Assembly: GCA_028023455.1 (NCBI GenBank)
Contig: JAQFVV010000008.1
Coordinates: 1,612,001-1,676,000 of the forward strand
Source of the DNA: Epiperipatus broadwayi
Taxonomy: Eukaryota; Animalia; Onychophora
Direction of reading: 5' to 3'
DNA: 64,000 nt
Each line of letters starts with the position of its first letter. Within the stretch, counting starts at the first letter, position 1. Both the position numbers and the translations under genes were made by a program. The notes beneath the pieces are model-generated. The model ran no database searches. It had not been told where the DNA came from and worked only from the letters and a program-made list of their open reading frames with translations. This document shows, piece by piece, positions 41,180 to 55,424 of the stretch.

Positions 41180-43994
41180 TTTTCTTTAAAGAATATGAAA
41201 TTATTAATGACAACTTCAAGTTAGTTTCACAATTTAATATTCTGTGGGGGATTGAGGATTTCTAAAATGTCAACATATTTCAAAATAATTCCAATATTTT
41301 CTGAAGAATTAATGAATTCTTCTTATAGTTCACTTGGAAATTATGTTCAAAATCATAAACAAAAAAAAAAAATCTATAAATATATGTTGATTTTGAAAAG
41401 TTTCTTATATAAAAATAATAGGTACTTTGAGATTAACGCTGCTTTTTGCCATATTGATTCTAATTGCAAATATATTTGGAAGTATTGGTTTAGGTTTAGC
41501 AAACATTATTTAAAAATGGGGATTTGAATTTAAAATAAATTTAAAAAAAAGTATTTTGAATATGATATTAAAAAATACTTAGAATTAAATAAAACTAAAC
41601 ATCAAAAATCACTTTTGTTCCTAATTTTTTTATCCAAAAAAATCTTTGATTTCTATTGTATTTGTAATAATTTATTTAAAATTAAATTTAACCAAAAACT
41701 AATATTTTTAAATTTTATCATCATAATAATTTTTTTAGATGAACTTGCATTTGAAAACTAATTTTTTTAAATATAAAGTTTGCTAATCTTTTAAAAAAAT
41801 AAAATGTAAAAGTGTTAGAATCAATATGGCGGAAAGCAGCACTAATCCCAAAGTATCAAATATTAATAGCAGTAATAGATAGATGCTTTTTTTTTTTTAG
41901 TATAAGAAAGAAAAAAGCCCAGGAATATGCATTAAATATTAAAAATAATTAAAAATAAATAATATTATTCAATATTATTATTCAAATATAAAAAATAAAA
42001 CTTTATTTATGATTATGTCAGACAATCTATTAAGAGCAACTGCTAATAAAAAATAAAACAAACAATAATGCTAAAATAAAATGCCACTGATAATTATAAA
42101 ATTTGTTTGCACATATGAAAGAAAGATTCAAAATTAATTCTAGAAAAAGTAAAACTAAAAATATTGCATATTAATTTATCTTGAGTTATAGTATATAATT
42201 TAATGTTATATATATTTGAAAGATCTCATGACATAATACTAGTTAGTGCATTTATTTGCAATTTCAATGATTTGGAATTTTAATTCAGGTGAAATTTAGA
42301 ATTTTTTTTTGGGTTCCAAGCAGGCATAGCATTTTTTTTTAAATAGCTGTTTAGTAGTCAATCCATTTAGCCATTTAATTACTAGTCAGTAAACATATCT
42401 AGTTATTCATAGCTAGGAATAAAATGAGAAAAAAAAACCATTGATATCATTATCACATAGTGATTATTATCTTCTTTTTTCATCTATTCTTAGTAGAGGA
42501 ATGCTATAGCTCTGTCCTGCAGTGGGTTATTTAAAGGCTGTTTTACCTTTTACATAATAATGAAAATTTTTATAGAAATAAATAATGTAAATAAGTTCAT
42601 GACATAAAAAACTATAATGTATTTTTAAACTTTTCAAAAATATCAAGTAGGATTCCTGATTAGCATATGATTTGATTATAAATATAAATTTAGTATTAAA
42701 TCTAATAATAAATTATGGATTTCTATGCTTTATATTAAGCATGTTTATAACAAAAGAATATAATTTTGGTTTTCAAACTCATAGTAATTTGAATAGCCTT
42801 ATTAATTATTCAAAAGATAAAATAAATTATATATAAAAATAGCAACATTATTTACATTATTGGAGGTGTGAAATTCTCCTTGTTATTTAATTTATTATTA
42901 GGAAATTAGATCATATTTAAATATAAGCATCAATTAACATATCAGCCAATATAAACATTGACAAATTAATCGTAACTGTTTACAGTCTTTTTATGAATGA
43001 AAAAGCAATGGGATGCATACTTAATTCTAAAACCATTAGGATAATGGTTGAGGAGAGACACTACTGAAAATGGAAGATAAGGCAAATGTTATTCATTTCA
43101 AATTCAAATCATACTTTCAATCAGCATTCCAATAGTAATCAACTAAGTCAAAGGAAGAATGTTTTTAATTAACAGTGTGATGTCTTTTTATTTAATATTA
43201 GTTGTGAATATGGTTAAAAGTTTTAAAAGCCTGATTGGCATTTTTTGAAAAGTTTGAAAATATATCTTATTCTATATCAAATAGGACTGTTTAATTTGTA
43301 TATATGTGTAAATAAAACAATAGTCAGATTTTAGAACATTGTAGCAGATACAAGTTTTAAGATTATTAATTACTATCTAACATAAAATAACAGCAGGCCT
43401 TTCACATTATATATGGATTTTAGGTAGACATAACTTGTTAACTTCACTATATAAGTATTATAAATAATCTGTTTTATTTTCAATAAGAACATCTAAAAAC
43501 ACACTTACATGAATATATTTGGTCTAAATTGGTAATTTAACATTAAACACATCAATTATTATTTAATTAGCAGTTTTACATAAACTGATAGATGTCACCC
43601 ACTGCTAGATTAAGTATATGATAAATAGTAAAGTGAGGTAGAATTGTAAATGAGCAATATGCAAATTTTAATGTGCTTCATTGTAAATATAAGCTTCAAA
43701 CTTAATATCTGCTATGCACATTATCTTAAGATGTTTACATGTGAAATTTGGATTTCTATTAGGTACTTTGGTATTAGAGCTGCAATGTAGGGGAGATAGG
43801 AGGCCTTTTCACATCCACCATAAATGTGTAATGTTGCCATGATGTCAAATTGAAAGAAAATAATCCCTGCAAGTATATGTGAAAACATGTTTTTTTTTTA
43901 TCAACACAATGTTTTTTTTTCATAATACTTTGACATTTTCAGTTTCATAATTAATATGTAAACAATATTTATCTAAATCGCATGTTGAAAATTG

Positions 43995-44036
43995 ATAATA
44001 AATTGAAAGTATGCTAGCATACTTTCAATTTATTAT
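43995..44036. repeat. Perfect 42-bp palindrome centred on GCTAGC
   Basis: ATAATAAATTGAAAGTATGCT|AGCATACTTTCAATTTATTAT. Confidence 0.9.
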
Positions 44037-44324
44037 AATTAATATGTATATATATTTTTTTTTGTGATTTTTGTTCCATTTTAATCTGTATTTTTTTTGT
44101 GGTTTTTGTTCTGTTTTTTTTTTTTTTGGCTTAATTTGTTTATAAAAAAATACGTTTATTAGCATTTCGGTTGAAAATCCCAGCATACTCTGCAATCACG
44201 TTCTACATTTTCGGAGGGGAAATTTTTATACAGATGTCCATTTTCTGTGATAATATTAATTTTTTTTGTTTCAAGGTGACAATTCCTGTTATATATTACA
44301 CGGTAAATATCATTTGAGTATACT

Positions 44325-44610
44325 TAATGTGTTTTTATAAATATCATTTAAAAACCAAAATCATTTACTGTTTGTTTAGTAACAATTTTTTGGTGTAATG
44401 GTGTCATTTTATGAAGATCGCAAATCACGGTTTTTTTAATGTCATTCTTTTAAGTTGTTATTGTAGAAGTTGTACATATAGTTAATGTCTTTTTATAAAT
44501 ATTATTTAAAAACTAAAATCATTTACTGTTTGTTTACTGCTTATTTAGACTAACAATTTTTTTGTGTAATGCTGTCATTTCATTAAAATCGCAAATCACA
44601 TTTTTTTTTT
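44325..44610 (+). repeat. Two diverged tandem copies of a ~160-bp unit
   Basis: TTTTATAAATAT.ATTTAAAAAC.AAAATCATTTACTGTT...TAACAATTTTT..TGTAATG.TGTCATTT..T.AA.ATCGCAAATCAC occurs twice. Confidence 0.7.
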
Positions 44611-45739
44611 TTGATTTCAAATGTTCATAAAAGTTGTTAGTCTCAAGTCATACATATTTGAATGTCTTGTTTAAAATTATATTATGTTTTTACTTTTATT
44701 TATTTTTAATCTTGCAACATGGAGCATGTATTAGACCTACTGTGTCTGTTGACATTTGTTTAAACTTCCTGATAACTTTATAAATCTTGCCAAAATACCA
44801 TGTACAAGATCCGTGTACATGTTATTTTGGTCAGATCACAAAATTACAAAGTTATCAGCGGATTGATATGAATGTGAAGAGGCATAGTAGATCTCATACA
44901 TGGTCTGTGTCACAGCTCTAATACCTTCTTGCAAGATTGATAGGTATTAAAATCTTTAGCATATCTGTCAAGGCTGTATCTTGCTGAAATTCTTGTATAG
45001 TGTGAGAAAATTTAAAGTTTATAATTGTAATAAAGTATTTTTAAAATCCACTTATTGTATATTTTATAACATTCTTTTCACATTTTCTATTTATTATATA
45101 ATATAAAACAGATTTTGAAGACTATTGTATGTGTGTACAGTATAGAAATATTCATAAATCATACAAATGGGAAATTATATTTTTAAAAAGGATTACTGAT
45201 AAGATCGACAAATATATTCTTAAATTTCCAAGACATCTTTTTCCATTGTCAAAAACTTGATGATTTTTTTTTTTCAAGTCTTAAAATTGATTCATTTTGA
45301 AGTTCAGGAATCTATAAAATTCAATGTTTTTTTTGTTGCCACAGGAACTACATAAGTTATTAAGTAGACATATCACATATCACTTTGATAGTTAGGAAAT
45401 ACATAAATTCTTTTCTTCAAAAGTCAAGTACATCTGTCTTTATATTTATTACTGACTACTCCCTAATTTAAAGATATTAAAATATTAGAAAAGTTAGAAA
45501 AGTGTGATTTCCATACAATGAGAGAATAGAAATTTCTTATTGTGTCTTATCCTCCACTACTAGTAATAATTTAAAGATAATTAATTAAAAAACAATTGGA
45601 GACAGTTTATAAATACATTTGAAATTTTTCCCCATCTATAACTGACCAAAATGCTAAATATAATGATTGAAAAGACTACAAATATTGTACACTTTCACTA
45701 TAATTTTGTAAATCAGTGTATTATGTGTCAAGCCTGAAG

Positions 45740-46050
45740 AGAAAGAATGATATCAAACAATCATCTGCCCTTTTCTGTCAATAATTTTTTTTATGTTTTA
45801 GATTATGTTTTTAAAAAGCTTGCAATCATTATCATTGAGAAATTCTGACATTGTTTCTCAATAGTAGTAATTTACAAGATATTAATATGTGGAAATGTAG
45901 AAGGTATAATCTTGACAGATGAAGTTATTTTTGTCTTTCAACTTGACATCAACTATTCTGACAATATGCATAAATATCACATGTCAATTGCAGTTGAATA
46001 GGATTTGTTCAACATACGACATGGATTCTCATTTCTTTAAAATATATAGT
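45740..46050 (-). mobile_element. Possible hAT C-terminal dimerisation-domain relic
   Basis: STFPHINIL*ITTIEKQCQNFSMIMIASFLKT resembles FPNI..LL.I..T.P.S.A..ERSFS.L..IKT; weak. Confidence 0.3.
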
Positions 46051-49000
46051 TATCTCTAACAATTATGAACTCATGCTATCAAAAATACTTTATCCTAGTT
46101 TTGTACTAGATTAATAATAAATATTTTATTATAGTCATATATATTCTTAAGCATTAAACAATAAAAATGGACATTTTAAAAATAATATTTTTTTTTGGCT
46201 GAACCATGTACTCAAAGAATGTTGTATATAAGTGTTGTAATGACTCAACATTAAAGATATAAAGACCATTTCTAATAAAGTAATGATGTTCAAGATTGTT
46301 AAAAATAATCAAAAAGTAAGAAGCAATTCATGGTTATTTCTATTTTATATATTTACACATCATTCCAGATTTAAGTAATAACCCTTGATATTGTGACAAT
46401 GTCTTATAGATAAACAGAATGTTTGTTTTACAGCCAAAATTTTAGTATATAAATATTGAAATAGATGCCATCTCTTTCATGGTTATCCATATAGTTTTAC
46501 ACATGAAAAAACTGGTTAACAGTAATTATGAAACTAAATAATAAAAGGTAACATTGAAATTCTTTTAGGGTATTAAAAAATATTTTATAATAAATATTTA
46601 AAAATAATAATAAATGTGATAACTTTGTTTTATTATTAGAATATAAAGGATTTAAGGAAAAAACTAAAGCATAAAATTTTATAGAATAAAATAATGTAGA
46701 TAGTTTTTGTTATCAGAAACTGAAAGATTTAGAACTAGAAAAAATATACTTAAAATAATAAGTGAAGGAATATCTGGTAAAATGAAAATACACACAGAAA
46801 ATATAGTTTTTTTAAAATAATATTTAGCTTTATTACTGTCTAGCATGCTCTCAATATATTTTTACTATATCATATTCATGGCATATAATGGTGGGATTAA
46901 ATGGTTCTGTATATCAATGTTTTCTGGTAATATTTCTCAGATGGCATCCAGAATTTGATGATGATCATGAATTCAGACCTGAAAGAGAAAGCAAGCATAT
47001 TCTTTATTTATTTAACATGATTATGCTTATCATATATTATTAACATGCATATCAGTGAATTCAAAATAATAGTCATCTCATATATCACCCACAATGCATT
47101 TTGACCATTACACAGTAAGTATTACTTCTTATTATTAGAATAATACAAATTTGTAAATAAATTATTGTTTATTGTTATTTATTTAAATAGTTTGAAGTTT
47201 CAGTTATTTTATACTAAAATTGTCGGATCTAAATATCAAATCCATGATCCATTGCATCCAAGAGTAATTCATATGATCCTGATTTGGACAAGTATTATAG
47301 GAAATAATGTTTACTATGTAATGTTTGAGATGCATTAGGGATAATGTTTAAGAGGTAACTATATTTTGAATTCACTAATATGCATGTTAATAAGTACAGT
47401 AAGCATACATGATACTTAACAAATAAAGGATATACTTATTTTCTCTTTCAGGGCGAGTCATCGTCAAACTCTAGGCACTACTTGATAAATATTATCAAGA
47501 AATATTCCAGGGATATATCCTATTAATATGATTTAAAAGATTTTTTCATGTTTTCTTTATCTTATGTTAATCCTTTTTAAAATTTAAGGATTACTGATCA
47601 CTACATCAATCTCTATCTGTAATACCTAGGCAAAGTAAGGATTGCATGAATTCTTCTGGATGAAATAGATCATTTATAACTGACAATTTTTTTATATAAA
47701 ATAACTGAAATCTCACATTATATAAATAAATACAATTCCCTATTTCTATTCTCAATATATATTTATATTCTTTATCAAATAATTAACAAATCATATATTC
47801 AGTATAACTATTATTAATACCTATTACATTATATTTTCTAATTCAAATGGTATTCCTCTTTATATATAATTAATGCCTTATCTAATTAAATTTTAGTATC
47901 AAGTAAAGTTATTTTTTTAATAGTCTGATCTCTAAAATATTTTTTAATTGATGTTTTAGGAGCATGTGTGGAAATTTAAATACTCTACAAATGTTAGCAT
48001 ACAGACATTCTTGAAAAATGACCAATGTTTATTCATTACCAATTTTATAAACTATAGGGAACCAAAGCATTTATACAATAGTTATTGCAAAAATGTATTT
48101 CAAGACTTTCAAGTATACAAATATTAATAAAAAATTTAAATCATTATATAAATGATATAAACATAATAACTATTTTTGAATAAAGTTTAATATTAACACA
48201 TAATAATTTATTCTTTAAATATAATAATGAATTTTAGAATATACATAAAGGAAGGTTTATGGTTGTGCAATTAGTTGCCAAATGTCATCAATATTTATAA
48301 ATGAATTAGAAAGTATTATAATTAAAAAAAGAATAACTAGTCAAGATTCACAACAAGTATGGATACAAAGGATGGCAGTCATTAAAAATTTTAAAATTGA
48401 TAAATATAAAACAGATAAAAAATATAACTGATTTACAAAAAACAAAATCATTTATTAAATTATATAATGAAGCAGTAAAATCTGTCATACATATTTTGCT
48501 TAACTGTCTGGTGATAGTAGTAATCTTAAACTAAAGGTTCAAACCCATCTGTACTCATTTAATCATCAAGGAGTGTAAGTACACATATACACGCGATTAC
48601 CCCCCCCCCCCCTTTGTAAGTTGTAAACAGTTATTTTAAATAAAGACAGAATATCTATAAAAGTTTAATCTGGAAATATTTAAAATTTCCATTGCGTCAA
48701 ATAGTGGTGTATGTGTGTGTATATATTACAGATACATAATAATGTTGTAAATAATATTTATACATTTATTAAATATATTTAGTATTTATGTAATTTGTAA
48801 TTCGTGTATTATTATTATAAAGCTGAAGCAATACCAGAGAAGGTTCTGGAGAGTAATTAACATAACTTAAATTTAAGAAACAAAAGAACATACCTTGTTT
48901 AATTTAAAATGTCGTTGTTAATTAAATGAATTTTCGCAATCCTAAATTTTAATGGAAATTATATCAATTGAATCTATTTCCAATCTAGAAATAGAGTAAT

Positions 49001-50645
49001 GTATTTCCAATCTAGAAATAGAGTAGAACAATACTCTCCAGAACTTATCTTGTCATCTTTCAAATGTAACTGTAAACAAAGGATAAGTGCAATTACGACA
49101 GGTAATGCATATCCGGTCGCCTCAAGCGGGAATGTAAAAGAAGTTTTTAGAAGGTTTTGTTGGTGTATAAATACAGCTAAATTCAATACAGACCACTCGG
49201 CTGTTACTTTTCAGAGAAGATTGCTAAAGGAATCCACGCCACTCAAAATTTTAATAAAATGACTTCTGAATACAGGGAAGAAATTCGCTTTCCTGATCTT
49301 TCCAAGATTGTTTTCATACCGCTATGCTACTATGCCATCACCACTCAAGAACTACTTTAATAAAATCCTGAATTAACTCTCAAAAGATGCCAACCATTAT
49401 TTTATCTGAACTCTGCATGCTGGCTGTGCTTTCTATATTTTAATTTTCATGTGTACCAACCAGTACAGCCATCAAGTCATCGAATTATCAGAAGGTAATC
49501 CAGTCCATGCCGCTAACATCTGTCTAATAATTGGCGATGTGGGACCAATTATAGTAATTGTAGTAAATTAATGACTCTCTCTGTAAAATATAAATGCATG
49601 AATCTATAAATTTCTAATCTGTAATTTACCTACTGGGTTTCACTTACCTTTTCCTTACTATTTTACATGTGGCAAATTTAAACTTTATTTTATTATAATT
49701 ATTTCTTTTGAGTGAATTTGATTTTAATATACTAATGACTCAATCTAGTGAACCAATATTATTCTGATTCTCCATCCCGAGATTATGGGATATTTAAATA
49801 CTTCAATGTAAGTCTTTTTACAAAACTAAAGTTCGCTCGATTGAATATTATTGTTAAATGGTTATATTTGCTTAATGGCAGACTTTATGCTGTCATATTT
49901 TATATCAATATCTTACCATGTTTAACGCTATTGATTTAATTATATTTTGATATTCTTTAAAGTAAATTTAATGGCCTTACCTTTTAGTAATCAATCATTT
50001 GCTTGTCACGCCATCAAACATTATAATTGTGTTATGTAATTATTTACCCATTAAGCATACTTATATTTGTTTAATGAAGGGTACAATATTTTTCCCCTTT
50101 TTATATTTTGACATTTTAATCAATATTCAAGGTCATATGCATACCTTTAAGGATGGGTTAAATTTTGTCATGTCATTATGCTAGATATTACTAGTTTATG
50201 AGGACTTTATATCAGTGTCATTAAGGACCTGAATCTTATTTTAGGGTTGCTTACTCATGGTAGCATTATTAAATTTTGTATTTTGCTTTATCAAATTAAA
50301 ATCCGGAGGTCCCGGATCATTTCTTTCATGACTTATTCTATAATGGGGTTTGGAAGCACCGACTTCAGGACAAAGTCAGGTTGTAGTGAGACTCTGCATG
50401 AGATAACATTAGAAAATCTGAACCATGGCATCCCCTATCGACCACTTCTTCAAGTACTGTCCTGTCACAAGCACAGGCAGACTCTTGCATCCATTAATAA
50501 TTGATGAAGCTTCACATCCCAAAGCAGTCTTAATATTTCTAATGTTATCACTTTAGTCAGCACCGTAAACTCTTGATTAATATTTTATATTGCCCTGTAT
50601 TATATCTATAAGTTATAATGTGATTGCTGTAAACCATCCTTTCTC

Positions 50646-51048
<403 letters not shown>

Positions 51049-52660
51049 TGTTGGTTTGGATTGTATTTCTGTAAAAATATTAATTGAAAGTGTTTTCATT
51101 CTTTTATCAATTTTATTTTTTTTATTTAATTCTTCTATTGATTCAGGTATATTTCCAGATTGTTTAAAATCTGTTGTTACTCCTATTTTTAAGAGTGGAG
51201 ATAGGGAATGTTTGGAAAACTACAGGCCAATTTCTATTTTATCAACATTGTCTCAAATTTTGGAAATGTGTGTAAAAAACAGAATTGTTTTGTTTTTTCA
51301 AAAATATAATTTATTTTCAAATAGTCAATTTGAGTTTTTGCCAGGAAGATCTACAGAACTGGCTTTATCTGAACATGTTTCAGTCATCACTGAATCTTTA
51401 GAAAAAGGTTACAAAACTATAGGCATTTATTTAGATTTGCGAAAAGCATTTGACTGTGTTCCACATGATATATTAATAATTAAGTTACACCATTGTGGCA
51501 TAAGGAGTACTATGCTTGAATGGTTTAAATCTTATTTAAGTAATAGAAGCCAATTTGTTAAAATTAATAATTTCTTGAGCAATTCTGAAATAATTAGATA
51601 TGGTGTTCCTCAAGGTTCAGTTCTGGGTCCATTGTTATTTACTGTTTATATTAATGATCTGCTTGATCTTTCTCTTCATTCTAACATTTTTTGTTTTGCA
51701 GATGATACTGCTTTAGTTACTTCAGCAGTTTCACATAGTTCACTTGAGAAACTTGTGAATGAAGATTTATTTAAAATTACACGATGGATGAACAATAATA
51801 GATTACTGCTAAATATTAATAAGTGTAATTACATAATATATTCTCTTAAAAATATTCCAGCAAAAGACTTGTTAATTCAATTGCCTTATGTGAATCAAAC
51901 CTCTTGTCAGAAAATTACCAGGACTTCAACAATTTCTTACCTTGGCTTGGTTTTGGGTGAGTATTTACATTGGGATAAACATATTTTTTGGCTTCAAGTA
52001 AAATTAAGAAAACTTAATTTCCTTTTTTATAGATTAAGAGATTGTTTGAATAAATCTATCCTATTAAGTATATATAAGCAAATTTTCTTAAGCAGACTTT
52101 GTTATGGTATAACTTTATGGGGTGGCACTGCAGCATATTTTTTGAAGTCTTTACAAACACTACAAAATTTTACATTAAAAATTATTTTGTTTAAACCTTT
52201 GGACTTGTCAAGATTTGAATTATATAAGTGTGCTGGAGTTTTAACTATTCATCAATTATTTTTAGTGAATATTTTGTGCTATTATATTAAATATAAAGAA
52301 ATGAATAAAAATAATTCTTCACCAATAATGGTGACTAGATCAAGTGATTTTGATTTATTATTTGAACCAGCATATTTTAAAACTCATTGTAGGTATCAGA
52401 AATGTTATCTTGGTCCAAGATTTTATAATATTTTTATAAGGAACATTGGATTTAATGTTAATGACCTATCAAGGAAAACATTGAGAAAATTCATTATGGA
52501 CTGGATTATAATTGATGATAATGAAAAACTTTTTATTTCTATTTAATTATTTTATTGTATATTAATGTTTTATTTTATTTGCACATGTACTTTTGTTAAG
52601 CTCCATGCGTGATTTTTTATCACAAGGAGATTATATGTTTAATAAATTAAATGAAATTAT
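51049..52660 (+). mobile_element. 5'-truncated CR1/L2-group LINE with 3' UTR
   Basis: RT homology begins right at the ATG array (GLDCISVKIL, cf. PG.DGIS.KIL); no endonuclease domain; 3' UTR with a stem-loop (CTCC..GTGAT-TTTTT-ATCAC..GGAG, ~52602-52629) and AATAAA before the repeat tail. Confidence 0.9.
51056..52546 (+). CDS. LINE ORF2 reverse transcriptase domain and C-terminus (496-codon open frame; true start lost by truncation)
   Basis: NYRPISILSTLS, YLDLRKAFDCVPHDIL, WFKSYLSNRSQFV, GVPQGSVLGPLLF, FADDT, YLGL, YGITLWG. Confidence 0.93.
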   Translation: MDCISVKILIESVFILLSILFFLFNSSIDSGIFPDCLKSVVTPIFKSGDRECLENYRPISILSTLSQILEMCVKNRIVLFFQKYNLFSNSQFEFLPGRSTELALSEHVSVITESLEKGYKTIGIYLDLRKAFDCVPHDILIIKLHHCGIRSTMLEWFKSYLSNRSQFVKINNFLSNSEIIRYGVPQGSVLGPLLFTVYINDLLDLSLHSNIFCFADDTALVTSAVSHSSLEKLVNEDLFKITRWMNNNRLLLNINKCNYIIYSLKNIPAKDLLIQLPYVNQTSCQKITRTSTISYLGLVLGEYLHWDKHIFWLQVKLRKLNFLFYRLRDCLNKSILLSIYKQIFLSRLCYGITLWGGTAAYFLKSLQTLQNFTLKIILFKPLDLSRFELYKCAGVLTIHQLFLVNILCYYIKYKEMNKNNSSPIMVTRSSDFDLLFEPAYFKTHCRYQKCYLGPRFYNIFIRNIGFNVNDLSRKTLRKFIMDWIIIDDNEKLFISI

Positions 52661-53508
52661 TCTTCTTCTTCTTCTTCTTCTTCTTCTTCTTCTTCTTCTT
52701 CTTCTTTTCTTCTTCTTCTTCTTCTTCTTCTTCTTCTTCTTCTTCTTCTTCTTCTTCTTCTTCTTCTTCTTCTTCTTCTTCTTCTTCTTCTTCTTCTTCT
52801 TCTTCTTCTTCTTCTTCTTCTTCTTCTTCTTCTTCTTCTTCTTCTTCTTCTTCTTCTTCTTCTTCTTCTTCTTCTTCTTCTTCTTCTTCTTCTTCTTCTT
52901 CTTCTTCTTCTTCTTCTTCTTCTTCTTCTTCTTCTTCTTCTTCTTCTTCTTCTTCTTCTTCTTCTTCTTCTTCTTCTTCTTCTTCTTCTTCTTCTTCTTC
53001 TTCTTCTTCTTCTTCTTCTTCTTCTTCTTCTTCTTCTTCTTCTTCTTCTTCTTCTTCTTCTTCTTCTTCTTCTTCTTCTTCTTCTTCTTCTTCTTCTTCT
53101 TCTTCTTCTTCTTCTTCTTCTTCTTCTTCTTCTTCTTCTTCTTCTTCTTCTTCTTCTTCTTCTTCTTCTTCTTCTTCTCCTTCTCCTTCTCCTTCTCCTC
53201 CTCCTCCTCCTTCTTCTCCTCCTCCTCCTCCTCCTCCTCCTTCTTCTCCTCCTCCTCCTTCTCCTCCTCCTCCTTCTTCTTCTTCTTCTTCTCCTTCTCC
53301 TCCTCCTCCTTCTCCTTCTCCTCCTCCTTCTTCTTCTCCTCCTCCTCCTTCTTCTCCTCCTCCTCCTTCTTCTTCTTCTCCTCCTTCTTCTTCTCCTTCT
53401 TCTTCTCCTTCTTCTCCTTCTTCTTCTTCCTTCTTCTCCTTCTTCCTCCTCCTTCTTCTTCTCCTTCTTCTCCTCCTCCTTCTTCATCATCATCATCATC
53501 ATCATCAT
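52660..53508. repeat. Compound microsatellite: ~520 bp of (TTC)n, ~300 bp mixed TCC/TTC, then (CAT)8
   Basis: Directly visible; all-pyrimidine + strand from ~52660 to ~53484. Confidence 0.97.
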
Positions 53509-55424
53509 TAGAAATGTCACTTAAAGCTTATTTAAGCTAGCTGCCCTTTCATTTAAACAATCTTTAAATACACTCATAAACAATCTTTCATAAATTCTGT
53601 CAAGTCAGAATTGTTTAATTAAATATGCAAGTACATGCTTATTCATTCCAAATGATTGATGTAACATATAACTATTGATCGAATAAAGCTTGTAATATCT
53701 TTTAAAATGCATATTCATTGTATTGTTAAGGTCAACTGTAATTGAAATATGGTTTTATATAAATCAGGTTCTATTTTGCATATACGTTTCTTAAGGTCAT
53801 TAATTTCCCATTTTAGTGTATCATAGCATTAATATTATAAATTTCTAAAATTGATATCTCCTTCCATTAGCATATTAAACCGCATTGTCCTGAGTATACA
53901 TCATATAATATACTGTTACATATATTTAAGTTCTATTTGCGTATTTTTCAATCATTGTAATCCATATTCCATAATGTGCAGTATTATTATGTAACCTCTA
54001 GAATGCGCAAATCATCGCTACTGATTAACCCAGACTCTATTAAATTATGTGTTATGTGTAAATGAAATTATCATTTATATTCATTAAATTTATATTTATT
54101 ATTACTTAAGTATTCGATCCTTCATTAATTATAATAATTTACATTTCATAACTAATTACTATTTTAATAATTCTTTGTCCTAGTGTTGTTTTATGCATAT
54201 ACATAATTGAAAGGGTTGTGTTATATATAATTCATCCTCCTCTTAATCTCATGCTAGTCAGTTGCATTCATTAATCTTATATTAATGAGATTTCAATAAT
54301 TAAGAAGCTCTCATTCCATGTTAAGGGTTTAAAAAGCAATTAATATCACATTTTTCCTGTAGATCTCGTCTCTCTGCTGTGTCACCAGAACTGAAATAAA
54401 TGAAATTCCTTTTGTTATCATCAGAGATGTTGTTCATAGAGTTATAGATTTAGAGAATAAACAAATAGGACAGAAGCCATGATTGCTCCTGACCTGGGTA
54501 TCTCTGGCATGATTTTTTTCAGGATACTTTTGCTTAGGCTCTAGCTCTTGTTAAATGTACATACAACTCTGACTAGTACAATAAAGATTATGAATATAAT
54601 CATAAAAGTATTAAAAATGTACTTTTTGATTGTAAAAAATCTATATTAAATAATAGCATTTTTGTGCAAAATGATTATAATGATGATAGGAACAATAGTT
54701 TAAATAAAAAATAGATCAAACTTTCGTATTATCCCAAAATTTATAATTCATTAATAAAAACAAAAACAAAAATGGATGATCAAATAGTAAAAGTCTAGAA
54801 AAGTTACTAGGTAATTATAAAATAACAGATGACATAAAATACAAAGAAGGAATCATATATAAAATTAATTGTGACCATTACACTGATTTATTAGTCATGC
54901 AAGGAAACAGATGTAAGAGCCAAAGAACATAATGTAATTAATAGGCTTTACACATTCACTACTTAACATATAGACATAAAATAGTTGCTACAAATATTAA
55001 ACCTTTATTAAAGATCCAAAAAGAAGATAAATATATTAAACATTATATAAGCAGAAGTTAAATAATTGTATGAATATTTATAAAACTTTAATGAATGTAA
55101 TTGAAACTGTTCAATTAAAAACGAATGGAGCATTATATAACAAGATAGTACACATAAAGTTATATAGGGTATGTTTTTATTCTGTATATTGTTATGTTGT
55201 ATAGTCAATTGTTTTATTTTATTGTTATTTTACTTCCATTATAGAACACTATATAGCATTCTATTTGCAATAACCTTAAAATAGATGCTAAACATTTGAG
55301 AAGGGTACAAACCATGCACCAAAAAATGATTTTTATGTATAATCATTAATATATATATATATAGCTATTATATGTGATATTTTTATTTATTAAAATGCTA
55401 TAAGTTTACTTTATGGCAATAATG

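Noticed and set aside
50400-50480. Minus-frame DFLMLSHAESHY resembling Argonaute PIWI DFYLCSHA
   Set aside because: Too short, flanked by stops, no other PIWI motifs or splice support.
52593-53540. Poly-Phe, poly-Ser/Pro and poly-Arg ORFs of ~290-315 aa
   Set aside because: Translations of the (TTC)n/(TCC)n array; no coding evidence.
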